Origin: Trueperaceae bacterium
Lineage (GTDB): Bacteria; Deinococcota; Deinococci; Deinococcales; Trueperaceae
DNA: 64,000 bases
Reading direction: 5' to 3'
Assembly: GCA_965213705.1 (NCBI GenBank)
Contig: OZ243913.1
Location: forward strand, 1,632,001 to 1,696,000
The notes under the pieces are model-generated. The model saw nothing but the letters and a program-made list of their open reading frames with translations, was not told where the DNA came from and made no database searches. The position numbers and the translations under genes are program-made. Shown here piece by piece: positions 9,297 through 18,590 of the stretch (position 1 is its first letter; the number at the start of each line of letters is the position of its first letter).

Positions 9297-10253
9297 CTAA
9301 GCGGCTTTCGCAGATGTTTCGTTCTCAAAGCGCTGCCCCGTGACCTGTAGAAACACGTCGTCGAGGCTGGGCTGGGTCAGCGTGAGGGACTGGGGGGAAA
9401 GTCCGTTGCTGTTCAACTCTGTCACAACCTTGGCGACGGCCTCGGCGGCGTTCGGCAGATAGAGCCTCAGCACCTTTTTGTCAAGTACGGCGTTATGGGT
9501 AAGCGCGCTCAACACGCTGTGAGCTCGCTTTGGCGTATCCTCGTCGGCGAACTCGAGGTTGATCGACTCCCCGCCGAGTTCAGCCTTGAGTTTGGCGGGG
9601 GTGCCCTCGGCGGCGATGCTGCCCGCGCTGATGATGGCGACGCGCCCCGCCAGCGCGTCCGCCTCCTCCAGATACTGCGTGGTGAGGAAGATGGTCATGC
9701 CGCGCTCCCGGTTGAGGCGTTTGACCTCCCGCCACACGTCACGGCGGCTCGCGGGGTCTAAGCCCGTGGTGGGCTCGTCGAGGAACAAGATGTCGGGCTC
9801 GTGGACGAGCGCCAGCGCCAGGTCGAGCCGCCGCCGCATCCCGCCGCTGAACTTACCGCACCGCTTATGAGTGACGCTAGAGAGCCCGACAACCTCGAGC
9901 AGCCCACTAGCTCGCGCTTTCGCGTCACGCCGCGACAACCCGAACAAACTCGCCTGCAACACCAGCAGCTCGCCCGGCGTCATGAGCGGGTCGAGCCCGA
10001 TCTCCTGCAAAGCCACCCCGCTCACCCGGCGCACCCGCGCCGCCTCCCTGGCTACGTCGAAGCCGCCGACTTCGGCGCGCCCTCCCGTCGGCGCGGCGAG
10101 CGTGGTGAGCATCGCCACGGTGGTGCTCTTGCCCGCGCCGTTAGGACCCAAAAAGCCGAACACCTCGCCCGCCTCGACCTCTAGCGAGACGCCATCCACG
10201 GCGGTGAAGGTGCCGTAGCGCTTGACGAGGTTGTCAGCGACGATCTTGGTCAT
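9297..10253 (-). CDS. ABC exporter ATP-binding protein (DrrA-like)
   Basis: GPNGAGKST, FSGGMRRR, LDEPTTGLDP, TTQYLEEAD, PSLDDVF. Confidence 0.93.
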   Translation of the reverse strand: MTKIVADNLVKRYGTFTAVDGVSLEVEAGEVFGFLGPNGAGKSTTVAMLTTLAAPTGGRAEVGGFDVAREAARVRRVSGVALQEIGLDPLMTPGELLVLQASLFGLSRRDAKARASGLLEVVGLSSVTHKRCGKFSGGMRRRLDLALALVHEPDILFLDEPTTGLDPASRRDVWREVKRLNRERGMTIFLTTQYLEEADALAGRVAIISAGSIAAEGTPAKLKAELGGESINLEFADEDTPKRAHSVLSALTHNAVLDKKVLRLYLPNAAEAVAKVVTELNSNGLSPQSLTLTQPSLDDVFLQVTGQRFENETSAKAA

Positions 10254-10881
10254 ACTTTTTTCCTTTCGCCCAGCCTGACGGAGCTTTTGCTCGAGGCCTG
10301 GTGTTGTAGAACGCGTCCTCGTTCCACAGCGCGACGCTTACCGACACCGCCGAGGCGAGCCCGAGCCAGGGAAGGATGGTCGAGAGAGAGAGGGCGGTCT
10401 TGGCGTCTTTAAGCCGTGTCGTCGCCACGTAAAAGCTGCCCAGGTTGAGCCCGGTGTCGAGAAGCGTTGTTACGGCCCCGTTGGTCGGCGAGCGCAGCCC
10501 GAAGTAAAGGGGGTTAAAGCTCGCGTAGTTGACGAGCGAGACGCCCTGAAGGGTGAGATAAGCCCTTCTGCCCGGCGCCCCTTCCGGCAGGTTGAGCACG
10601 CGGACCAAGCCTGCGGTCCGGGCGGCGTTGTTGATGGCCCACGCGACCGGGAAAGCGGGACCGGGCGGGGCGAACACGGGCAGCGTCAGGTTTTCGTAAA
10701 ATTCATCCTGCGCTTTCCTCGTGCTGTCGTTACCGGTAGCTTGCTCAGTAAGCTTGCTTAGACCGTAGCTCAAGGCTTCGGTACCCAAGTGTAGGAGAGG
10801 GGCATGGTACCAACGCCAACGGTTTCTCCTGCTCTCACTAGAATTCACGTTCTGCGGACGGTCTATAACGGTTTGCTTCAC
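10234..10881 (-). CDS. TspO/MBR family membrane protein
   Basis: PVFAPPGPAFPVAW and LYFGLRSP motifs, about 5 hydrophobic segments; GTG overlaps the upstream TGA. Confidence 0.75.
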   Translation of the reverse strand: MKQTVIDRPQNVNSSESRRNRWRWYHAPLLHLGTEALSYGLSKLTEQATGNDSTRKAQDEFYENLTLPVFAPPGPAFPVAWAINNAARTAGLVRVLNLPEGAPGRRAYLTLQGVSLVNYASFNPLYFGLRSPTNGAVTTLLDTGLNLGSFYVATTRLKDAKTALSLSTILPWLGLASAVSVSVALWNEDAFYNTRPRAKAPSGWAKGKKYDQDRR

Positions 10882-11801
10882 CCGCTCACCTCGAGCTTTC
10901 TCACAACAGCCCTCACCACGGCGTCCGGGTTTTCCCGATGCGGGAGGTGTCCGACGCCCGCCAGAAGGTGCCTGCTCGCCTCGCCCGTGAAGTGCGCTCT
11001 CCAGCGTTCGTCGCCCTCCCAAGGCAGGACGACGCCATCGTCTTTGCCAATGAGCAGCGTCGTCGGGACGGTAATGTCGGGACCCTCGGCCAGTTTCCCT
11101 TCCAGCGCGTCAAGCCGGGGGTCGGCCACCGCGCCCTCCACACGCCCGTGACGGTAACTGCTCAGTACGACGTCCACAAAGTCAGGGTTCTCGAGCGACG
11201 CGGCGGCGGTCTCGAACGCCTCCTGACTTTCCGCCCAGGTGGGCGACCAGACCTTCCAGAGGTACTTACAGAAACCCTTAGCGTCGCCGCGCAGCAGCGG
11301 CTCGCCCATATCGGAGAGGAGCACCCACTGGTACCAAAGGGCGTGCAGCACCTCGGGCGGCGGGAAGCCCGACTCGTCCCAGGCGAGTTCGTAGTCGGTG
11401 AACGAGATAAGGTGTTCAACCCGCTCGGGGTAGAGAGCGCTCACGGCCTGCGCCGCGCGTGCGCCCCAGTCATGACCGACGAGGGTAAAGGTGTCCAAAC
11501 CCAGCCCGTCGGCGAACTCGAGCACGTCACACGTCAGCGCGGCAAGCTGACCGCTGCGCGGCGTGTTATCCGACAGGAAGCGGGTCGGCCCGAAGCCTCG
11601 AGAGTAAGGTGCATAGGCGTGAAAACCCCTGTTAGCCAGTGCCTCACCAACCGCACCCCACGAAGCGGCGTCCTCCGGGAAGCCGTGGAGGAGGAGAACC
11701 GCCCGCTCACCTTCTCCCCATTCGTGGTAGGCCAGCTCGAGGGCGGAGGTATTAACGGCCTTGTAGAGACACTCACGCTTGTCTATCGTCACAGCTGTCA
11801 T
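10878..11801 (-). CDS. Alpha/beta hydrolase (epoxide hydrolase-like)
   Basis: LLHGFPE, VGHDWGA nucleophile, GHLPHRENP; AAGGAG before ATG 11801. Confidence 0.92.
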   Translation of the reverse strand: MTAVTIDKRECLYKAVNTSALELAYHEWGEGERAVLLLHGFPEDAASWGAVGEALANRGFHAYAPYSRGFGPTRFLSDNTPRSGQLAALTCDVLEFADGLGLDTFTLVGHDWGARAAQAVSALYPERVEHLISFTDYELAWDESGFPPPEVLHALWYQWVLLSDMGEPLLRGDAKGFCKYLWKVWSPTWAESQEAFETAAASLENPDFVDVVLSSYRHGRVEGAVADPRLDALEGKLAEGPDITVPTTLLIGKDDGVVLPWEGDERWRAHFTGEASRHLLAGVGHLPHRENPDAVVRAVVRKLEVSG

Positions 11802-11860
11802 AAAGCTCCTTACCTTCTTTAACATTTGCGGGGACCCGGGTAATCCGCTACAATGATTAT

Positions 11861-12340
11861 ATGAGTAAGAAGCTGCAGAATCAAGAGGTTGCACAAAGCA
11901 GAGATATAGATAAGGAGATGCAGACCTCGTTCCAACATCTCAGCGCGATGCTGCTTACGATGAGCGCCCGGGTCGCCGAGGACATGAGTTTCACGCTGAC
12001 CGAGATCTTGGTTGCCGAACACCTGCGCCTCTACGGCCCTCTCACGCCCGGAGAGGTGGGCGAGCGCGTGGGGCTCAGCTCAGGGGCGGTGACGCGCCTG
12101 CTCGACCGGCTCGAAGCGCGCGGCTTCACACGGCGGGCGGCTCACCCCGAGGACCGCCGCAAGGTGCTCATGCACTACGTCGAGCAGGCTCCAGACATGA
12201 TCGAGCGCCCGCTGGCTCTCTACGACAAGCTAAATAAAGCCGCCGAGGTGTTTAATGAGAGAGAAAAAGAAGCGATCACGCGCTTCTTGAACTTAATGGC
12301 ACAGGCTGTCGAGGAAAGCGTCCAAATCAAAGATGGCTAG
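11861..12340 (+). CDS. MarR family transcriptional regulator
   Basis: LSSGAVTRLLDRLEARGF, HPEDRRK; divergent from the hydrolase operon. Confidence 0.92.
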   Translation: MSKKLQNQEVAQSRDIDKEMQTSFQHLSAMLLTMSARVAEDMSFTLTEILVAEHLRLYGPLTPGEVGERVGLSSGAVTRLLDRLEARGFTRRAAHPEDRRKVLMHYVEQAPDMIERPLALYDKLNKAAEVFNEREKEAITRFLNLMAQAVEESVQIKDG

Positions 12341-12485
12341 TGGGCGCTACGGGCGCTTCTGCGACGAACGCGCGCAACTACCGCACCAGCGGCCGGCTTT
12401 TTGGCAACAGGTTGAACTGAGTTTTGAAGCGCGTCAAACAAGATAGCTTTTCTGTCAGCAGGGTTATGAGTTTGAGGCAAACGGT

Positions 12486-13250
12486 CTACACGATGCCCCT
12501 CGAGCGCAGCAGCAAAAACACGGCGACGGCCACGACTAGGTAAACGAGCCAGCGGCCGTACTTAGCGGTTCCCGCGCTGACGCCGCCGCGCAACGTTTCG
12601 CGGGCCTCTTCGCGGATTTGCTTTTGCGACGCGCTTTGCGCTTTGCGCAGCGCGCGGACGCTCTTGCCCATCTGGCCTTTGCGCCGGTAGGCGACGCCCA
12701 AGTTGTGGTGGGCGTTGCCGAAGCTGTCGTTTAAGCTGAGCGCCCGCTCGTAAGCGGCGATAGCCGCGTCGACGTCGCCCGCCTCCAGGGCCAAGTTGCC
12801 CAGGTTGGTCATCGCCCGGTAGTTTTTGGGGTCGGCGGCGAGGGCGCGTTCGAAACTTTCTCTCGCCCGTTCGACTTGGTTGTCGATAACCAGCGCGGTG
12901 CCGCGCAGCGTTTCGGCCTCGGCGCGGAGCAGGAGCGTGTCGACGGGGGCCAGGGTGAGGAGCGCTTCTTCGACACGGTTTCTGCCGACTTCTTCAGCTC
13001 CCCGTTGCACCCGCAACAGGTCGGCCTCGAGCCCTGCCCAGTCGACAAAGTCGGGGCGGTTTTCCACCTTGCCGAGGACACGCACGGCCCGCGCGTAACC
13101 CTTGTCGCGCAACGCGGCCTGCATTGCTGCGAGCGCGTCTAGGGCGTCGTAAACCTCTTCGTTTATGTTCTCCGAACGCCGGTATTGAGCCAGCGCTTCA
13201 CCGGCGCGGCCCTCGGCAAGAGCGGTTTGCCAACTGTAGGTCTCGTCCAT
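12486..13250 (-). CDS. Tetratricopeptide-repeat protein with C-terminal membrane anchor
   Basis: AMTNLGNLALEAGD, AHHNLGVAY TPR motifs; hydrophobic C-terminus. Confidence 0.85.
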   Translation of the reverse strand: MDETYSWQTALAEGRAGEALAQYRRSENINEEVYDALDALAAMQAALRDKGYARAVRVLGKVENRPDFVDWAGLEADLLRVQRGAEEVGRNRVEEALLTLAPVDTLLLRAEAETLRGTALVIDNQVERARESFERALAADPKNYRAMTNLGNLALEAGDVDAAIAAYERALSLNDSFGNAHHNLGVAYRRKGQMGKSVRALRKAQSASQKQIREEARETLRGGVSAGTAKYGRWLVYLVVAVAVFLLLRSRGIV

Positions 13251-13346
13251 GTCAAGCCTGAGCCGAAACCCCGAGACGAGGGTTCGACCGCTTCTTGAAG
13301 TATGTCGGGTTTGAACATGTTGGTGCCGCTGTCATCCTAGGCGCGC

Positions 13347-14735
13347 TCACCGCTGGACGGCGGCGTACAGGTTCAGGTACTGCTGCGCCGAAGCCGTCCA
13401 ACTGAAGTCCTCGTTCATCGCCTCGCTCATCATATACCGCCAGTGGTCGGCGGTTTGGTAAGCGCCCCGCGCCACGCCGGTCGCCCACAACAAACCCTCG
13501 GGCGTCGCGTGCTCGAACAAAAAGCCGCTGCGGTCGTGCTGCACCGTGTCGACAAGCCCGCCGGTCGCCCTCACCACAGGCGGCGAGCCGTAGCGCATCG
13601 CTATCATCTGGGTCAATCCGCAGGGCTCGAAGCGACTCGGCACCGCCAGGCTGTCCGAAGCCGCGTAAACGTGGTGCGCCAAACCTTCGTCGTAGCCGAT
13701 ATAGCTCGCCACCCGGCCGGGACGGGCGGCGGTGTGGTGGTGCAGCGCGGCCTCGAGGGCGGGGTCCCCCGAGCCCAAAACGATGAGGTTCCAGTCTTGC
13801 CACAGCAGCCCCGGAATCGCGTCGATGAGAACGTCCAGCCCCTTTTGGTCGACGAGTCTCGAGACCACACCAAGCAGGGGTTTATTTACGTCGAGGTTGA
13901 ACCGCTCGCAGAGGACGCGTTTATTGACCTGTTTGTCGTCCAGGGTTTCAAGCGAGTACGGCTGCGGCAAGGCAGTATCCGTCGCCGGGTTCCAGATGTC
14001 GGTGTCGATGCCGTTCAAGATGCCTACCAACTTGTAGGAAATGTGCCGTAACGTACCGTCCAAACCGTAGCCGTACTGAGGTGTTTTAACCTCTTCGGCG
14101 TAGGTGGGGCTCACCGTGGTGACCACGTCGGCAAAGCCGAGCGCCGCCTGCATGGCGTTTGCCACACCGAAGCGGTTCATGTAGCTGTCTTTAAGTGAGG
14201 CCGGCAGGCGCAGCCAGTGCAGCGTTTCTTCCAAGCCCGACGCCCCCTGGTACTGCGCGTTGTGGATGGTGAACACGCTTGCCCTGCGAGGAAACCCTTC
14301 GGGCAGGTGCCAACCGTGTGTGAGCACCATCGGCAAGTAGCCGGTGTGCCAGTCGTTCGCGTGGACGACCTCGGGAACAAAGCCCAGGTGCGCTGCCGCT
14401 TGGGGTACGGCCCTGGTAAACAAGCAAAAACGCCAGGCGTCGTCGGGGTAACCGTACAGACTGTCCCGCTGAAACGCCTCGTGGCCGACAAAGGCGTAGC
14501 GCACGCCGCCACGCTCCACCACGCCGACGCCGCAAACGGCGACGCCGCCGTCAAAAGGCACCCACTCGTCCCCGACCCAGAGCGGCGTAGCCTTTAGGGT
14601 TTTGTACCAGGGGCTGACCACCACGACCTCGTGGCCCAGCGCGGCCAGGGCCTCGGGCAAGCCCCCGGCCACGTCGGCCAAGCCGCCCGTCTTGCTGAAC
14701 GGGTAAACCTCACTGCTGGCGAGCAAAATACGCAT
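13347..14735 (-). CDS. glgA: Glycogen synthase
   Basis: KTGGLADV, HANDWH, PSRFEPCGLTQM, TGGLVDTV. Confidence 0.96.
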   Translation of the reverse strand: MRILLASSEVYPFSKTGGLADVAGGLPEALAALGHEVVVVSPWYKTLKATPLWVGDEWVPFDGGVAVCGVGVVERGGVRYAFVGHEAFQRDSLYGYPDDAWRFCLFTRAVPQAAAHLGFVPEVVHANDWHTGYLPMVLTHGWHLPEGFPRRASVFTIHNAQYQGASGLEETLHWLRLPASLKDSYMNRFGVANAMQAALGFADVVTTVSPTYAEEVKTPQYGYGLDGTLRHISYKLVGILNGIDTDIWNPATDTALPQPYSLETLDDKQVNKRVLCERFNLDVNKPLLGVVSRLVDQKGLDVLIDAIPGLLWQDWNLIVLGSGDPALEAALHHHTAARPGRVASYIGYDEGLAHHVYAASDSLAVPSRFEPCGLTQMIAMRYGSPPVVRATGGLVDTVQHDRSGFLFEHATPEGLLWATGVARGAYQTADHWRYMMSEAMNEDFSWTASAQQYLNLYAAVQR

Positions 14736-14904
14736 GGGCGAGTATACCCTGCAGTTCCAGGGGGCGCGGCTCGAGCCACCCGGCGCTGTTTACCGTAGAA
14801 GTAGGAAGTATGCGAAACATTAGCAGTTGTAACGTCTTTAGGAGGCGGGCGTCAAGCGACCGCCGGGTTTAAAAAAGGCACAGCGCAACAAAAAAAGCAG
14901 TAAA

Positions 14905-14959
14905 AAGTACCAAGTCGAAAGTGTTTGACTCGGTACTTTTTACTAGGTACTCGGTACTT
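14905..14959. repeat. Palindromic heptamer (GTACCGA/TCGGTAC) repeat element, copy 1, probable terminator
   Basis: aagtaccaagtcgaaagt...actcggtacttt...gtactcggtactt; closely related copy at 43171-43250. Confidence 0.7.
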
Positions 14960-14965
14960 CTTAAC

Positions 14966-16198
14966 TCAGCCTTTGAGCCCCGAACTCGAGAGCCCTTCGA
15001 TAAAGTAACGCTGCGCCAGGATGAAAATAATCATCGGCGGCAAAATCGCAATCGCGGCCCCGGTCAGCACCAGGTTCGGGCGGTCGGCGGCGATGTTGCT
15101 GAGTTTGATAAGGGCCAGCGTGAGCACGTGGTTCGACTCGTTCGCCTCGTTGATGATGAGGAGCGGCCACAAAAAGCTGTTCCAGGCGTATAAAAACGAA
15201 AAAATCGCCAGCGTGGCAATCGCCGGGCCGCTCAGCGGCACAAAAATTTGCCACAGCACCCGGAAGCGGCTCGCCCCGTCCAACATGGCGGCCTCTTCCA
15301 AATCTTTAGGGATGGAGATGAAAAACTGGCGCATCAAAAACGTGCCGTAGGCCGTAAAAATCCAGGGCAGGATGAGCGCGACGAGCTGGTTTTGCCAGTC
15401 CAGAATCACCATCAGTCGGTACATCGGGATAATCAGCACCACGAAGGGAATCATGATGCTGCCCAGGTACAGCAAAAACAGCGTGTCCCGCCCGCGGAAC
15501 TGCACCCGGCTGAAGGCGTAGCCGCCGAAAATCGAGGTGACGAGCTGTCCCAGTACCACCAATACCGTCACGAGCACGGTGTTGACGAGCGCCCGGTCTA
15601 AATCGAGGGTGGAGAACGCCCGGTAATTTTGCCACTGAAAGTCCACGTACTCTTCCTTTGACGCGGTGCGCTCGACGGCGTAGGTGCTCAGTGCCGGGTT
15701 CTCAGGCACGACGAAGCGGTTTTGTGCGCCGCGATAGGCGAGCAGCAATTCTTGCGTTTCACCGTCCGTTTCAACCTCGTAAACGTCGAAGGTTTCCTCC
15801 GCCTCGCCTTTTTGTACCGTCACCGTGCGGCCCGTTTCTACCGCGTCGTCCAGCGGCACCTCAGCCACGACCTTGCTGCTGCGCGGGTCGCTAAGGTTCG
15901 CGCCGTCTTCATCAGTAAAAAATCCGAAGCGTTCACGCTCGCCGGTGTCCACCACGGGCCGCCGTTCCCCGTCTACGCGCAGGTTGTAAAGCGGCACCTG
16001 CGCGCCCTCGTACTCGGTGGTCGCTTGGGTGAGCGGCAACAAGGCCGGCGGGTAGCGAAACACGTCCGACGAGGTCTTGAACGAGGTGAAGAGCATGTAC
16101 AAAAACGGGAAAATCATCAGAAAACCGAACAGACTGAGCGCCGTGTAAGCGAGGGCGCGCAACAGAAACGTGCGCGGGCTGAGGTTGAAAAGCTTCAT
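14966..16198 (-). CDS. Carbohydrate ABC transporter permease (MalG-type) with a large periplasmic insertion
   Basis: EAA motif (IPKDLEEAAMLDGAS), WNSFLWPL. Confidence 0.92.
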   Translation of the reverse strand: MKLFNLSPRTFLLRALAYTALSLFGFLMIFPFLYMLFTSFKTSSDVFRYPPALLPLTQATTEYEGAQVPLYNLRVDGERRPVVDTGERERFGFFTDEDGANLSDPRSSKVVAEVPLDDAVETGRTVTVQKGEAEETFDVYEVETDGETQELLLAYRGAQNRFVVPENPALSTYAVERTASKEEYVDFQWQNYRAFSTLDLDRALVNTVLVTVLVVLGQLVTSIFGGYAFSRVQFRGRDTLFLLYLGSIMIPFVVLIIPMYRLMVILDWQNQLVALILPWIFTAYGTFLMRQFFISIPKDLEEAAMLDGASRFRVLWQIFVPLSGPAIATLAIFSFLYAWNSFLWPLLIINEANESNHVLTLALIKLSNIAADRPNLVLTGAAIAILPPMIIFILAQRYFIEGLSSSGLKG

Positions 16199-16207
16199 CC
16201 CTGCCTC

Positions 16208-17881
16208 CTAACCGTACGCCTGCGAGCGGTTCAGCCGGAACTGCACGAAGGTAAAGCCGAAGATGATGACGAACAGCACCCAGGCGAGCGCCGAGGCGTA
16301 GCCAAAGTTGAACTGGTTGAAGCCGACCGTGTAGAGGTAATAAACGAGCGTCGTCGCGCCCTCGGGTATGGGTCTCGAGGGAAACAGCGCGTAGGGTTCG
16401 TTGAAGGCCTGCAACCCCGTCACCATCGTCGTAATGAGGACGAAAAAGGTCGTCGGCGCGAGCATCGGCAGGGTGACGTTGCGAAAGCGCTGCCAGGGGT
16501 TCGCCCCGTCGATTTGCGCGGCCTCGTAAAGGCTTTTGGGGATGCCCTGGAGCCCCGCTAAAAAGAGCACCGTGTTGTAACCGACGACCTGCCAGGCCGC
16601 CAGCAGCACGACCGAAACGAGCACCACGCTTGGGTCGGACAGCCACTCGATTTTCGGGTCGGGCAGCCCAAGAAAACTCGTGACTTGGGTAATCGTGTAC
16701 GACACGAACCCCGTCGTCGGCGTGTAAAGCCAGCGCCAAATGAGCGCCGTCCCCACCACCGCCGCGACCGAGGGCAAAAAGTAGAGCGCCCGGAAAAAGT
16801 TCATCCCCGGCAGTGACGAGTTCAAAATGAGCGACATGCCGAGCGCCGGCAAAATTGCCAGCGGCAGCAGCATGGCGCAGTAAAAGAGGGTGTTGAACAA
16901 ACTTATCCAGAACAAGCGGTCTTTCGCGCCGATGACGAGTCGGCGGTCGCCAAGCTTGACCTCGCGCACCAGGGCGTACCCGAACTTAAGCGTGTTCTGT
17001 GCGGCGGTGGTGTTGTTGGCGGGGAGGAGTTTGACCTCGAGCGCCAGCAACCGCGCGTAGTTGTTCACCCCCGTGACCTGCGGCACCCGCCCCACCGAAC
17101 TGTTGGTAAAACTCAGGTAAAACGACAGCAGCAGCGGCCCCGCGAAAAAGAACAAAAAGCCGATGACGTTGGGCGACAGCATGAACCAGCCCTGCCAGGC
17201 CGCGCGCCCGTCGGGCGTTTCGCCGAAGTAGTCGCCTAATATCAAGAGTTGCCACAGCAGCACGCCGGAGGTGAGCACCGCCGCGGTGAGGAGCCAGGTT
17301 TGGGGGCTCGAGTAAGCCAGAAGCGCACGGCTCAAACCTCCAAAAATATTTGCCCCCAACAAAATACCCGCGAGCGAAACGAGGCCGACAACGAGGCCGA
17401 CGCGCCGCAGCCATGTCGCCGCAGCACCGCCCTCCTCAAGCTGCCCCGCAACGTAATGAAGCACGTAGGCAAGCGCAAACCCGAGCGTCAGGTAGGGCCA
17501 CCGCATCACCCCGTCGACGATGCTCTCGAAGCTGCCGTACAACCCCCACACGCCGAACAGCGCGAACAAACTCAGCGCGAATGCGCCCAAGTCCACCCCG
17601 AGCGCGAGGTAGCGGCCCGCGCCGCGGCGCAGCATCATCAACACACTTGATAGAACTGCCAAAACAGCCGGGACGAGCAGAAAAACCCCGGCGAACAGTT
17701 GCACGGGTCGGCCCAAGTCGGCACTTTTTCCGGCGATAAAGAGCGTGTCGGCCCGCAGGATGTCGAGAGATAAACCCACGAGGTATACAGCCAGCAAGAC
17801 GTGCCAGACGGTCGCTATAACAATGACGGTCAGGGCTCGAGCGTTTGTACGGGCGGGGGCGGCGGTGCTTACGTTGCTCAA
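16208..17881 (-). CDS. Carbohydrate ABC transporter permease (MalF-type) with extra N-terminal transmembrane region
   Basis: LAGLQGIPKSLYEAAQIDGA, FGYASALAW. Confidence 0.92.
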   Translation of the reverse strand: MSNVSTAAPARTNARALTVIVIATVWHVLLAVYLVGLSLDILRADTLFIAGKSADLGRPVQLFAGVFLLVPAVLAVLSSVLMMLRRGAGRYLALGVDLGAFALSLFALFGVWGLYGSFESIVDGVMRWPYLTLGFALAYVLHYVAGQLEEGGAAATWLRRVGLVVGLVSLAGILLGANIFGGLSRALLAYSSPQTWLLTAAVLTSGVLLWQLLILGDYFGETPDGRAAWQGWFMLSPNVIGFLFFFAGPLLLSFYLSFTNSSVGRVPQVTGVNNYARLLALEVKLLPANNTTAAQNTLKFGYALVREVKLGDRRLVIGAKDRLFWISLFNTLFYCAMLLPLAILPALGMSLILNSSLPGMNFFRALYFLPSVAAVVGTALIWRWLYTPTTGFVSYTITQVTSFLGLPDPKIEWLSDPSVVLVSVVLLAAWQVVGYNTVLFLAGLQGIPKSLYEAAQIDGANPWQRFRNVTLPMLAPTTFFVLITTMVTGLQAFNEPYALFPSRPIPEGATTLVYYLYTVGFNQFNFGYASALAWVLFVIIFGFTFVQFRLNRSQAYG

Positions 17882-17926
17882 AACTACCTCCGGTCAGATA
17901 TTTACGCGTTCGGATTTCTTAAAACC

Positions 17927-18196
17927 TCAGCTAAATAAGTCGGCGTGTGTTCCTGTGCGTGCCAAGTACACCTCGTCCTCCGTCACGCGGTAAATGAGCA
18001 ACCAGTCCGGCTCTATGTGCAAGTCCCACAAGGGTTTCCAGTTCCCGGTCAAGGGGTGGGGTACATGCTTTCTTTCCAGCTCGACACCTGTGCTGAGGCG
18101 TTCGACGATAATCTCGAGCTTGGCAAGATTTTTACCCCGTTTCCGCATACGCTTGGTGTCTTTGCGAAAAGCGGAGGTCGTGACAATTTTTCGCAA
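17927..18196 (-). CDS. yafQ: Type II toxin, YafQ (RelE/StbE) family mRNA interferase
   Basis: HPLTGNW, DLHIEPDWLLIY, RTGTHADLF motifs. Confidence 0.93.
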   Translation of the reverse strand: MRKIVTTSAFRKDTKRMRKRGKNLAKLEIIVERLSTGVELERKHVPHPLTGNWKPLWDLHIEPDWLLIYRVTEDEVYLARTGTHADLFS

Positions 18197-18199
18197 AAC

Positions 18200-18463
18200 T
18201 TAACGCTCTTGCAGGGATTGTTTGAAGGCCTCGAGCGAGTCATGTCGCACCAGGTCGCGGCCCTCCTCAATATCCTTTATCGCCTGAACGGTTTCGGCGT
18301 TGGGAACCCGCACCTCGAAAGGAATACCCTGGTTCAACTCTACCTGATGATAAAACATACGAACGGCTTCACTGGGTTTGATACCCAGTTTGGCGAATAC
18401 GGCCTCGGCTGCCGCCTTGGTCTCAGGGTCGATGCGCACTTGGATTTGGTCGGTTTTACTCAT
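18200..18463 (-). CDS. dinJ: Type II antitoxin, RelB/DinJ family
   Basis: IQVRIDPETK ribbon-helix-helix, GIPFEVRVPNAETVQAI. Confidence 0.92.
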   Translation of the reverse strand: MSKTDQIQVRIDPETKAAAEAVFAKLGIKPSEAVRMFYHQVELNQGIPFEVRVPNAETVQAIKDIEEGRDLVRHDSLEAFKQSLQER

Positions 18464-18469
18464 AGCACC

Positions 18470-18498
18470 AATGTAGTGCACTTGAATTACGTTTGCAA
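18470..18498 (-). promoter_or_regulatory. Sigma70-type promoter for a leaderless dinJ-yafQ transcript
   Basis: TTGCAA-17 nt-TACATT-6 nt-ATG on the minus strand. Confidence 0.75.
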
Positions 18499-18542
18499 CA
18501 GGAATTCCTACCGAAACGGCAGCAGAGGGACCCTCTCCAACA

Positions 18543-18568
18543 AGGAGCAGCCTCGAGAGGCTGCTCCT
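18543..18568 (-). terminator. Hairpin downstream of the sugar-binding protein gene
   Basis: aggagcagcctc-ga-gaggctgctcct inverted repeat. Confidence 0.6.
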
Positions 18569-18590
18569 CTACGTTTCACAAGGTCGGCAC

